64,000 nt of DNA from contig JAJDNY010000021.1 of assembly GCA_022340425.1 (NCBI GenBank), positions 2,972 to 66,971 on the forward strand, written 5' to 3'. Source of the stretch: Desulfobacteraceae bacterium. GTDB lineage: Bacteria; Desulfobacterota; Desulfobacteria; Desulfobacterales; JAABRJ01. The notes beneath the pieces are model-generated. The model was not told the origin of the DNA, did not search any database, and was given only the letters and a program-made list of their open reading frames with translations. A program made the translations under genes and the position numbers. The first letter of the stretch is position 1, and each line of letters begins with the position of its first letter. Positions 27,857 through 37,776 of the stretch are shown piece after piece.

Positions 27857-28333
27857 ATGGAAGAGATCTACTGCCGGTGGCCGCAGGTGGAGAGACGCTC
27901 CGGGGAGGACCGCCGATCCGGCGCCTTTCGGCTCTTCAGCCGGCACTGGCTGGCGGGAAAGCGCGGGGAGCCGCGGCGGCAGTCGGACCGTGAACGGTCC
28001 TATCGGGTAGACCGCTACCATCCCCGGGTCCTGATCCCCGTCGCGCTGATTCTGACTTTGAGCCTGCTGGATGCGGCCCTGACCCTCTACCTGATCGGGC
28101 ACGGGGCCGCTGAAATCAACCCCCTCCTGAACTATTTCCTCAACCGAGGCCACCTGCCGTTTTTGATCGTCAAGTATGGCCTGACCGCAATCGCAATCCT
28201 CATCGTGGTCTACAACGCCAACGTTTTCCTTTTTCGCTCGCGCATCCGGACGCGGATTCTGCTGGCATTTTTCATTCTGCCGTTTTTCCTGGTGGTTCAA
28301 TGGGAGTTGTTCCTGATTTTCTTCTGGGTCTGA
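27857..28333 (+). CDS. Arg-rich N-terminus + DUF5658-like small membrane protein
   Basis: N-terminal RRSGEDRRSG...GEPRRQSDRER...VDRY, then 4 TM segments including LLDAALTLYLIGHGAAEINPLLNYFL. From memory this is the DUF5658 signature. Internal Met chosen as start; the ORF track frame opens at 27710. Confidence 0.6.
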   Translation: MEEIYCRWPQVERRSGEDRRSGAFRLFSRHWLAGKRGEPRRQSDRERSYRVDRYHPRVLIPVALILTLSLLDAALTLYLIGHGAAEINPLLNYFLNRGHLPFLIVKYGLTAIAILIVVYNANVFLFRSRIRTRILLAFFILPFFLVVQWELFLIFFWV

Positions 28334-28367
28334 CGGACCTTCGGTCCCACCCGGACTGGAGACGGGG

Positions 28368-29282
28368 ATGACTGCGACCGTGGTTCAAAACGGGTACCCC
28401 CCCCGGGTGACCCTCTTTGAGGTGGGCCCCCGGGACGGCTTTCAGTTCGAAAAAACGCTGATTCCCACCGATTTGAAGTTGGAAATGGTTCAGGGCCTGG
28501 TCGCTGCGGGGCTCCGCAACATCCAGGTGACCTCTTTTGTCAATCCCCGCAAGGTCCCCCAGATGGCCGATGCCGAGGAGCTGGTCCGGCGCCTGCCCAA
28601 GGATCCGGCTGTTTGCTTCTCCGGCCTGGTGCTCAACCGCGTCGGCCTCGAGCGGGCCTGCAAGAGCGGCCTGCAAGCCGTGGAGATTTCCGTCTCCGCC
28701 AGCGACAGCCACAGCCGGCGCAACACCGGGATGCCCCTGACGGTGGCCGTGGCCCAGGGCCAGGAGCTGATCCGGACCGCTGTCCGCGAGGGGCTGCGGG
28801 TGCGCGCCAGCGTGCAGTGCGCCTTCGGCTGTGTTCAGGAGGGGCCCATTGCAGAGGACCGGGTGGGCCAGATTCTGGCCGCTTTCAAGGCCTCCGGGGC
28901 CCACAGCCTGGCGCTGGCCGATACCACCGGGATGGCCACGCCGCCGGCCATCAAGCGCCTGTTGCGGCGGTTGCTGCCCGCAACCGGAACCACGCCTCTG
29001 ACCCTTCACCTCCACGACACCCGGGGCCTGGGCTTGGTGAACCTGATGGCCGGCCTGGAGTGCGGGGTGACGCGGTTTGACACCGCCTTCGGCGGCTTGG
29101 GCGGGTGCCCCTTTGTCCAGGGCGCCGCGGGCAATATCGCCACCGAAGATACCTTATACCTGTTGGCCGCCCTCGGGGTCGAAACCGGGGTCGACGCGAC
29201 CGCTGTGGCCCGCTGCTCCCGCCGGCTGGCGGCTTTTCTGGGCAAGACCATGGCCGGCAAGCTCTACCGGCTGGAAATCTGA
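28368..29282 (+). CDS. Hydroxymethylglutaryl-CoA lyase-like (HMGL/DRE-TIM family)
   Basis: VTLFEVGPRDGFQ N-terminal motif, LADTTGMATP, HLHDTRGLGLVN and GGLGGCPF motifs. Confidence 0.88.
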   Translation: MTATVVQNGYPPRVTLFEVGPRDGFQFEKTLIPTDLKLEMVQGLVAAGLRNIQVTSFVNPRKVPQMADAEELVRRLPKDPAVCFSGLVLNRVGLERACKSGLQAVEISVSASDSHSRRNTGMPLTVAVAQGQELIRTAVREGLRVRASVQCAFGCVQEGPIAEDRVGQILAAFKASGAHSLALADTTGMATPPAIKRLLRRLLPATGTTPLTLHLHDTRGLGLVNLMAGLECGVTRFDTAFGGLGGCPFVQGAAGNIATEDTLYLLAALGVETGVDATAVARCSRRLAAFLGKTMAGKLYRLEI

Positions 29283-29291
29283 CCAGAGGCT

Positions 29292-29367
29292 GGGGCGCCG
29301 GCAGTCATGGCCCATCAAGTTTGCCGGCCGGTCTACCGAATAGAGAACTGCGGCAGCGCCCTTTTTT
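29292..29367 (+). terminator. Long imperfect stem ending in T6 (terminator-like) after the HMGL gene
   Basis: GGGGCGCCGGCAGT (29292-29305) pairs imperfectly with ACTGCGGCAGCGCCC (29347-29361), followed by TTTTTT (29362-29367). Confidence 0.4.
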
Positions 29368-29547
29368 GGAGGTTCCGCCAAAAGTCCAATTTCTGCGTTG
29401 CGCTGCATCTCGAAGTCGCTGCGGCGTAAGTTAAGTCCGGCTCACTCTTCGAGATTTGCGCGCCGTTAATTGAACTTTGTTCGAAACCGTCTGGTTTGAG
29501 GCTTTTTACCGTTCCATCTTTTTTGGCACATTCTTCGGGCTGAACGG

Positions 29548-31158
29548 ATGAACGACAGTGAGCGGCAAAAAATCCTGTTTGTCGACGACGAGGAGAGCAT
29601 CCTCGAAATCGCCCGGGAATTTTTCCTGCACAAAGGCTACCAGGTTTACACGGCCTGCAACGGCCGGGAAGCGCTGGCGCTGGTGCATGCCGAGCCGATC
29701 GACTGCTGCTTCACCGATATCAACATGCCCGAGATGGACGGGCTCGAACTCGCCGAGCACATCCGCACCTTCGACAACACGATACCCGTCATCGTCATGA
29801 CCGGCTACCCCTCCATGGACAACACCCTGCGGACTCTCAAAAACGGTGTCGTCGATTTCCTGATCAAACCGGTCAATCTCAACCAGATGGAACTCTGCGT
29901 TCAGCGCGTGCTGCGGGAGCGGCAGCTGTTCGTCGAAAACATCCTGCTGAAGAAGGAGGTCGCCCACAAGGAGCGCCTGGAAAAGCTCAACCGCGAGCTG
30001 CTCTGCAAGGTCGAGGAACTGCACGTGCTCAACAAGATCATGCGCAATTTCAACACCATCAGCCAGAGCACCGACGTTTTCAAGCGGGTCATCGACCTCA
30101 CCCTTGAAATAACGCCGGCGGAGGACTCCCGTTTTTACGTGATCAACGACGGGCTGCAAAAACCGGTGGTCATCGCGCGTGCCGGAGCCCCGGGTGGCCC
30201 GGGCGGACCGCCCGAAAATGCGGCCGACCCCGTCCCGCAGGCGGCGGCCGAAGAGGCCGCGATCGAAACCCTCATTCTGGAGAGTGTGGCGGATGAGGTG
30301 CCCCTGCTGGTTGCCGAAAACCGCGGCGCCCGCGGGCTGGCGGAAGATATTCGATCTTTCGTGGCGGTTCCCCTCAAAATCCGGGAAAAAGTCTTCGGCG
30401 TGCTGACCGCCATGGTGCGCTCCGCCGGGCCGCGGTTCAACGAGAAAGATCTCTACTATCTCTCCTTCATGACCCAGAATGCCGCCTATGCCGTCGAAAA
30501 TCTAGCCCTCTACGAAAATATCTATGAAAATCTCTTCTCCACCCTGTTTGCCTTCGTGAAAGCCATCGAAGCCCGCGACCAGTACACCCAGCAGCACTCC
30601 AACCGCGTGACCGGGATCGCCATCGCCATCGGCAAACAGCTGGGCTGCACCACCGAAGAAATCGGCATTCTGAACCTGGCCGGCCAGCTGCACGATATCG
30701 GTAAAATTGGCATCCCTGACGATATTTTGCTAAAACCCGGGCGCTTGACTCCCGAAGAATTCGAGACCATCAAGGGGCACTCCCTGATCGGCGCCAGCAT
30801 CGTGGGTCAGCTGGGTCTCTGGGACCGGGAACAACAGATCATCCGCTCCCACCACGAGCGCTTCGACGGCACCGGCTACCCGGACGGCCTGGCCGGCGAG
30901 GAGATCCCCCTCCTGGCCCGGATCCTTTCCATCGCGGACGTCTACGACGCCATGGCCTCCGACCGCACCTACCGCAGGCGCATGGCGGAGAGCCGCATTC
31001 TGGAAATCATCCAGGAGGGCGCCGGGTCGCAGTTCGACCCCACCATCGTCAGCGTCTTCATGCAGCTCTACCGGGAAGGTAAAATTGCCGGCCAGGAGTG
31101 GGAGGCAGGGCAGGACGCCGATCGCCACCCGTCGCCGCCCCTGTCCCTGACAGCCTAA
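29548..31158 (+). CDS. Response regulator with GAF and HD-GYP (c-di-GMP phosphodiesterase) domains
   Basis: Canonical REC (FVDDEE, CCFTDINMPEMDG, VMTGY, DFLIKP), a central GAF-like region, and HD-GYP motifs HDIGKIGIP...HHERFDGTGYPDGL. Confidence 0.88.
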   Translation: MNDSERQKILFVDDEESILEIAREFFLHKGYQVYTACNGREALALVHAEPIDCCFTDINMPEMDGLELAEHIRTFDNTIPVIVMTGYPSMDNTLRTLKNGVVDFLIKPVNLNQMELCVQRVLRERQLFVENILLKKEVAHKERLEKLNRELLCKVEELHVLNKIMRNFNTISQSTDVFKRVIDLTLEITPAEDSRFYVINDGLQKPVVIARAGAPGGPGGPPENAADPVPQAAAEEAAIETLILESVADEVPLLVAENRGARGLAEDIRSFVAVPLKIREKVFGVLTAMVRSAGPRFNEKDLYYLSFMTQNAAYAVENLALYENIYENLFSTLFAFVKAIEARDQYTQQHSNRVTGIAIAIGKQLGCTTEEIGILNLAGQLHDIGKIGIPDDILLKPGRLTPEEFETIKGHSLIGASIVGQLGLWDREQQIIRSHHERFDGTGYPDGLAGEEIPLLARILSIADVYDAMASDRTYRRRMAESRILEIIQEGAGSQFDPTIVSVFMQLYREGKIAGQEWEAGQDADRHPSPPLSLTA

Positions 31159-31314
31159 CACCCCGAGGGCATTTGGTATTTACACCCGCCCCGGTTGATG
31201 CTATGAATTCCCGCCTACCTTCGCGGATCAGGCTTGCACGTTCCCCCGTCCCATCGCCGCCGGCCGGCGGCCGCTGCCGGCCGGCCGGGCTTGCTGGACG
31301 GTTCTGGTGTGGAT

Positions 31315-31875
31315 ATGGATGAGAAACGGACGTTTGTTCGCGCCCTGATTTCGACCCGCGCAAAAATAAAGCTGCTCACGCCCCGGGAGCTGGAAGAAAT
31401 TCGGAGCTTGCGGACCGCGGCGCGTCCGCTGCAGGGCCAACTGCCGCAGCCTGCGGATGCAGACGACTCTGCCCCGGCCTATCTGGGGGAATTGGTCGAG
31501 TACTTGATCCAGATCGACGACAAGCTGGACCGTGTCATGGATCTACTGATCCACGGCAAGGGCGGCGATGCGGCCCCGCCAGAGGTTCTGCAAACCATCG
31601 ACATCAGCGGCGCCGGCATGTTCATGGTTCTCTCGGCGCCCCTGGATGTTGGCCAGCTGCTGCAGGTCACCATCCGTTTTCCGGGTTTTCCCCTGGGGCT
31701 TTTCAAGGTTTTGGGCGAGGTGGTGCGGATCGAACCCGCCAGTGAAGAGCAGGCCTTGGTCTACCACACTGGGGTGCGGTTTCTGGAAATGACCGACGCC
31801 GAGCGGGACCGCCTGGTCGCCTACACTTTCATGCAGCAGCGCCGGACCATCCGGGAGTCCAAAAAGGAATCCTGA
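31315..31875 (+). CDS. PilZ domain protein (c-di-GMP receptor-like) with long insertion between the two binding motifs
   Basis: RTFVR (RxxxR) at residues 5-9 and DISGAG (DxSxxG) at residues 96-101 counted from Met 31315. The ORF track frame opens at 31234. Confidence 0.75.
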   Translation: MDEKRTFVRALISTRAKIKLLTPRELEEIRSLRTAARPLQGQLPQPADADDSAPAYLGELVEYLIQIDDKLDRVMDLLIHGKGGDAAPPEVLQTIDISGAGMFMVLSAPLDVGQLLQVTIRFPGFPLGLFKVLGEVVRIEPASEEQALVYHTGVRFLEMTDAERDRLVAYTFMQQRRTIRESKKES

Positions 31876-31961
31876 CCGGCGGACGGGGCCGACGCCGCCC
31901 GCCGTCCCTTGCCGGGCCCACGGCCAAACTGTACCAGAGATCACGGAAGCGCACCCAGATC

Positions 31962-33356
<1,395 letters not shown>

Positions 33357-33535
33357 GATCCAGACCGTCCCTCCGCGGGCCGCGCTTTCGCCAAAATTTT
33401 GACAGATCTTCCCGCGGCGACCGGTTCGCCGCCCCCCAACAGTATCCCCCGCATCCAGCCTGACGCCCCGGCAGGCCGGCGATTTTCTCCAGCTGCAACC
33501 GCGCGCCCCCTTCTGCGTCGCCCATAACCCTTTGA

Positions 33536-33551
33536 TGGCACAGTGTTTGCT
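33536..33551 (+). promoter_or_regulatory. Sigma54 (-24/-12) promoter TGGCAC-AGTGT-TTGCT
   Basis: Exact match to the TGGCAC-N5-TTGCW consensus: GG at 33537-38, GC at 33549-50. It lies in the intergenic region upstream of the AMIN/TPR gene. Confidence 0.75.
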
Positions 33552-33694
33552 CTCGTCTTTGCCTGATGCCCCGCGGCTTTTTGCCGATTCCTCTGGCTCA
33601 CGGGCCTGCCTTCCACGGCTGGGGAGCGGGGCAGCGGATCAGATCGCTCGCACGGCCGGCGGCCCTTATCGGCGCTGGCAGACAGGAGACGGAC

Positions 33695-36217
33695 GTGTTC
33701 AGGCCGATTTTTTGGCGGCGCAAATATATCAGGTGGCGGCGTGTTTCCAAAGGTGTGGGCCTGGTCCTGCTGGTGCTGTGGGGGTTGGGGCCCAACGCCG
33801 GTCTTGGGGCCGTCAAGCCGGCGGGTCAAATCGAGAAAATTGCGCTCTCGGCGGATCCTCTGCGGATCGCAGTTCACCTTCCCGGCCCCGTGCCCTTCAA
33901 GGTCGTTCAGGTGGATGCAGGTGAAGTCCTAATCGCCCTTCGCAACCTGCGCCATGTGGATTCGGTTCCCCAAAGCGGCCGGGGCGGGGCCTTTCTGAAA
34001 AGCCTTTCGCTGGCCGGGCTGCCCCAGGAGGTCGTGGGAATTACCCTGAAAACCGCCGGGCCCGTAAAAAACATAGGGGCCCAGTGGCTGGAGGATAACC
34101 GGGTGCTGGCCGTGACTCTGGTGGGCCCTGAAAAACCCCAGCCGCCGCCCCCTGTTGTACCCGCTCAGCCGGCGGGCAAATCGACGCCGGACGCTGGCGC
34201 CCAGCCGCCGCCCCCGACCCCCTCCGACAGCCGGAAGCGGGCGACGGATGCCGCGGCGATTCGTTTTATCCCCGGCACCCTGGATGCCCTTCTCGAGGAG
34301 GTCGCCACGTCCGGGTGCGGGACCGAAGCCGACCTTGAGCGGGCGCTGGCGCTCTGCCGAGCAGGGCAACGGCACGAGGCGGCCGCACTGCTGGAAGAAT
34401 ACCTCGCAGACCTGTCGCCGGACGCGCCGGGCGCCGGGGGCGGCTGCGCCGAGGCAGGCCTTTTCCTGCACGCCTACTGCCTCTTCCAGGCTCGGACGGC
34501 GGGGGATGCCATGGCCCGGCTGGAGGCGGCGCAGCACTTCCAGGACGCCATCAACCGCTTTCCGGACTCGCCGCTGCTGCCCTACGCCCTGTCCGCCCTG
34601 GGCGCTACCGCCATGGCCTTCAACAATTTTGAGGAGGCCAGGGGCTATTTCAAACTGGTTTTGGACCGCTACCCCGATTATCGGGGGACCCCCGAGACCC
34701 TGCTGGGTCTGGGCCGGGTGCACGCCGCCAAGAAAAATCACGAGGCTGCCGTTTCCGCCTTTCGCAAAATCATCGACGCTTTCCCCGGCTCCCAGCCGGT
34801 TGCCGAGGCCAAAATGGCTTTGGGCCAGAGCCTGTATGCCACCAATCACCTTCAGGAAGCGATCACCGTGCTGAGCGCGATCCGGGCCGAAAGTCCCCGC
34901 CGGGTTTACGCATCCCCGGATCTCCTGGTTTCTCTGGGCAACGCCTATTATCAGAGCGGGCAGTTGGAAAAGTCCTGTCAGACCCTGGCGGCGGCCTACA
35001 ATGCCTTCCCCCGGGACGGCCAGAACCACATCCTCCTGACCCGCATCGGAGACATTTACCGGGATCTCGGCCAGCCTGCCAAGGCCCTGCCGTTCTACAG
35101 GCTGGTGCGCCAGCGCTTCCCGGGAACCGACGGCTATCTGATCAGCTCTCTGCGGGAGGCGGAGGCCATCACCGACGCGGCCGAGAAGGAAAAAATCTAC
35201 CGCATGATCATCGCGGACTACCCCGCCAACCCGCTCTCCAATCTCGCCCTGGTCAGTTTGGCCGAGCATTTCAGCCGCACCGGCGAGGACGAAAAGAGCA
35301 TTGCCGCCATTCGCAAGTTTTTCGACAAGTACCCGCGGGAATTGAACCAGGAGGCCGTTTTCATCTTCCAGGAAGCCTACCTGCGGGTGTTCAGGCGGCT
35401 GGCGGCCGCCAACGACTACCCCGGCATCCTGGCGCGCTTCGAGGCCGACCGGACGATTCTGAAGCGGGTGGAGAGCCCGGATCTTTTCTACCTGGCCGGG
35501 CAAGCCTACCTCCAGGCCCGGCTTTACCGTCAGGCCGCCGGGGCTCTCAAGAGCGCCCATGACCTCTACCTGTCCAGCCGGCGCCCGTCGGAGCTGGCGT
35601 TTGAATTGGGGGCCGCGCTCCAGGGCGCCGGGGACCCCGCCAGGGCCCTGCCGTTTCTGGAGGCCTTCCTGGAAAAGACGCCCGACGCCCCGCATGCCGC
35701 AGAAGCCAGCTACCGCTGCGGGCAGATCCTGATTGGCGACAAGGTTTACGACAAGGCCCTGGCCCGTTTTCAAACCGCCCTGGCCTCTGCAGGCCGGCCG
35801 CATGACCGGGCGCTGACGCTTATGGGGATGGCCGAGGCCTACCGCGGACTGAACCGCCCCCAGGCCGCAGTCGACAGTCTGCTTGAGGCCGTCAACCACC
35901 TGGCGGGCGCCTCCGATAAGGCCTACGAAACGCTTTTCACGGCCCACCGCCGCCTGGGGGAGGCCTACCGGGCTTTGGGAGCCTTTGACAAGGCGGCCGA
36001 TGCACTGGCCATGGCCTTGAAATTTACCGAGCAGCCCGAGAAGTATCCGGACCTCCATTTCCTCCTGGGGGAAACCTACCAGAAGGGTGCTGCAGCCGAA
36101 CAGGCCCGTCTGGCCTTTGGCGCGGTCGCGGCCTGCGGCGACCCGTTCTGGGCACGCCTGGCCGAGGAGGCCCTGCAGCGGCTGGCCATCGAGGGCCGGT
36201 TGGCGCGGCAGGCTTGA
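33695..36217 (+). CDS. Large AMIN-like + Pro-rich linker + multi-TPR protein
   Basis: Signal-anchor (GVGLVLLVLWGLG) and an AMIN-like beta segment (IEKIALSADPLRIAVHLPGPVPFKVVQVDAGEVLIAL). Then PQPPPPVVPAQP and more than 10 TPR-like repeats (e.g. ALSALGATAMAFNNFEEARGYFKLVLDRYPD). GTG 33695 after AGGAGA is preferred because the ATG at 33566 would sit only ~15 nt after the sigma54 -12 element. Confidence 0.75.
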   Translation: MFRPIFWRRKYIRWRRVSKGVGLVLLVLWGLGPNAGLGAVKPAGQIEKIALSADPLRIAVHLPGPVPFKVVQVDAGEVLIALRNLRHVDSVPQSGRGGAFLKSLSLAGLPQEVVGITLKTAGPVKNIGAQWLEDNRVLAVTLVGPEKPQPPPPVVPAQPAGKSTPDAGAQPPPPTPSDSRKRATDAAAIRFIPGTLDALLEEVATSGCGTEADLERALALCRAGQRHEAAALLEEYLADLSPDAPGAGGGCAEAGLFLHAYCLFQARTAGDAMARLEAAQHFQDAINRFPDSPLLPYALSALGATAMAFNNFEEARGYFKLVLDRYPDYRGTPETLLGLGRVHAAKKNHEAAVSAFRKIIDAFPGSQPVAEAKMALGQSLYATNHLQEAITVLSAIRAESPRRVYASPDLLVSLGNAYYQSGQLEKSCQTLAAAYNAFPRDGQNHILLTRIGDIYRDLGQPAKALPFYRLVRQRFPGTDGYLISSLREAEAITDAAEKEKIYRMIIADYPANPLSNLALVSLAEHFSRTGEDEKSIAAIRKFFDKYPRELNQEAVFIFQEAYLRVFRRLAAANDYPGILARFEADRTILKRVESPDLFYLAGQAYLQARLYRQAAGALKSAHDLYLSSRRPSELAFELGAALQGAGDPARALPFLEAFLEKTPDAPHAAEASYRCGQILIGDKVYDKALARFQTALASAGRPHDRALTLMGMAEAYRGLNRPQAAVDSLLEAVNHLAGASDKAYETLFTAHRRLGEAYRALGAFDKAADALAMALKFTEQPEKYPDLHFLLGETYQKGAAAEQARLAFGAVAACGDPFWARLAEEALQRLAIEGRLARQA

Positions 36218-36293
36218 GAGCGATGACCGCGGGAAATAAACCGACGCCCGGAAGGCTGCCGATGATCCCCACCAATCCCCGGTCTGAGGGACG

Positions 36294-37652
36294 ATGACGT
36301 CAAACTGCCAGATTCTCGTCGCGGAGGAAAACTACCGGGAGCGGGCCGCCTTGGCCCGCCTGCTGGAAGCGTGGGGTTATCCCGTGACCACCGCCATCGA
36401 CGGTCACGACGCCCTGCGCAAACTTCAGGAGCAGCCGTTTCGACTGGTGATCGCCGGCAGCCGTCTGCCCGGGTGCGGCAGCCTGGAGGTGATGCGCCAG
36501 GCCCTGGCCCAGGATGACGCCCCGGCGGTTGTGATCCTTTCCGCTCAGGCCTGCGTGGATGAGGCCGTGGCCGCGATGAAAGCCGGCGCGCTGGACTTCA
36601 TGATCAAACCGGTGGCGCCCGAGCAGCTCAAGCAGCGGGTCGAGGGCGTCATGGGCGCCGAGCCCGGAGGTCTTGAGGCCGATCGTCGACGCGCCCCGGA
36701 GCGCGCCATTATCACCCGGGACCCGTCGATGCAGCGCCTGCTGTCCCTGGCCGGACAGGTGGCCGACAGCCGTGCGGCGGTTTTGATCCAGGGCGAGAGC
36801 GGCACCGGAAAGGAGCTTCTGGCCCGCTTCATACATGGCCGCAGCCGGCGCCGGGAAGGCCCCTTCCGGGCCGTCAACTGCGGTGCGCTGCCCGAGTCCC
36901 TGCTGGAAAGCGAGCTTTTCGGCTATGAAAAAGGGGCCTTTACCGGTGCATTGGGACGTAAAACGGGTGTCTTCGAACAGGCCCAGGGCGGGACCCTGCT
37001 GCTCGATGAAGTCACCGAGATGGCTTTTCACCTCCAGTCCCGCCTGCTGCGGGTGCTGCAGGAGGGCGAGGTCGACCGCGTCGGCGGCACCCACCCGGTA
37101 AAGCTCGACGTGCGCGTTATCGCCACCACCAACCGTGATATCAAGGCCGCCGTGGCCGAGGGCGACTTTCGCGAGGACCTCTTCTACCGCCTCAACGTCA
37201 TCCCGTTGAAGATTCCGCCGCTGCGGGAACGAAAGAACGACCTGCCGCTTTTGGTGTGCCATTTCATCGAAAAATACAACGAGATTGACGGGCGCTCCGT
37301 CAAGAATTTGACTGATCAGGCCCTTGCAAAGCTCGCCGGACTGCCCTTCAGGGGCAACGTGCGCGAACTGGAAAACCTGGTGGAACGGGCGTTGCTGCTG
37401 GCCGGGGGCGAGACCATCACGGCCGAGGACCTGCTGCTGGATGAGGGCCTGCTACCGGCGGAAAACCCGCCATCGGACGCACCGACGTCGGCCGGGACGG
37501 GCCCCGAGCCTTTGCGGGAGGCCGAGCGCCGGCTGATTTTGGATGCCCTGGACCACACCGCGGGCAATCGCACCCACGCCGCCAAAGTCCTCGGGATCAG
37601 CGTCCGCACCCTGCGCAACAAGCTCAACGAATATGGGCAAAAGTCCTCCTGA
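36294..37652 (+). CDS. Sigma54-dependent transcriptional activator with degenerate receiver domain (FleQ/FlrA-like by architecture), EBP2
   Basis: GESGTGKE, GAFTGA, LLDEV, RELEN, HTH (HAAKVLGISVRTL). The REC-like N-terminus has G55 where the phospho-acceptor Asp is expected (RLVIAGSRLPG). Confidence 0.88.
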   Translation: MTSNCQILVAEENYRERAALARLLEAWGYPVTTAIDGHDALRKLQEQPFRLVIAGSRLPGCGSLEVMRQALAQDDAPAVVILSAQACVDEAVAAMKAGALDFMIKPVAPEQLKQRVEGVMGAEPGGLEADRRRAPERAIITRDPSMQRLLSLAGQVADSRAAVLIQGESGTGKELLARFIHGRSRRREGPFRAVNCGALPESLLESELFGYEKGAFTGALGRKTGVFEQAQGGTLLLDEVTEMAFHLQSRLLRVLQEGEVDRVGGTHPVKLDVRVIATTNRDIKAAVAEGDFREDLFYRLNVIPLKIPPLRERKNDLPLLVCHFIEKYNEIDGRSVKNLTDQALAKLAGLPFRGNVRELENLVERALLLAGGETITAEDLLLDEGLLPAENPPSDAPTSAGTGPEPLREAERRLILDALDHTAGNRTHAAKVLGISVRTLRNKLNEYGQKSS

Positions 37653-37686
37653 GCCCGGCATGACGACGCCTACGGCGGGCCCCGAT

Positions 37687-37702
37687 CGGCACAGGGATTG
37701 CT
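37687..37702 (+). promoter_or_regulatory. Sigma54 promoter CGGCAC-AGGGA-TTGCT upstream of flgB
   Basis: GG at 37688-89 and GC at 37700-01 (N10 spacing), ~75 nt upstream of the flgB ATG. Confidence 0.7.
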
Positions 37703-37776
37703 TTAGCCCACAGGCGGACAGGGCGGCCGGCAAATTTTTCCACCCCGGTCGCCGAACATTTAAAAGGAGTGCTCGG

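Noticed and set aside
29440-29515. A sequence ending ...TTAATTGAACTTTGTTCGAAAC, reminiscent of CRISPR repeat termini (xTTGAAAC).
   Set aside because: It is a single occurrence with no repeat-spacer periodicity anywhere in the window and no cas genes.
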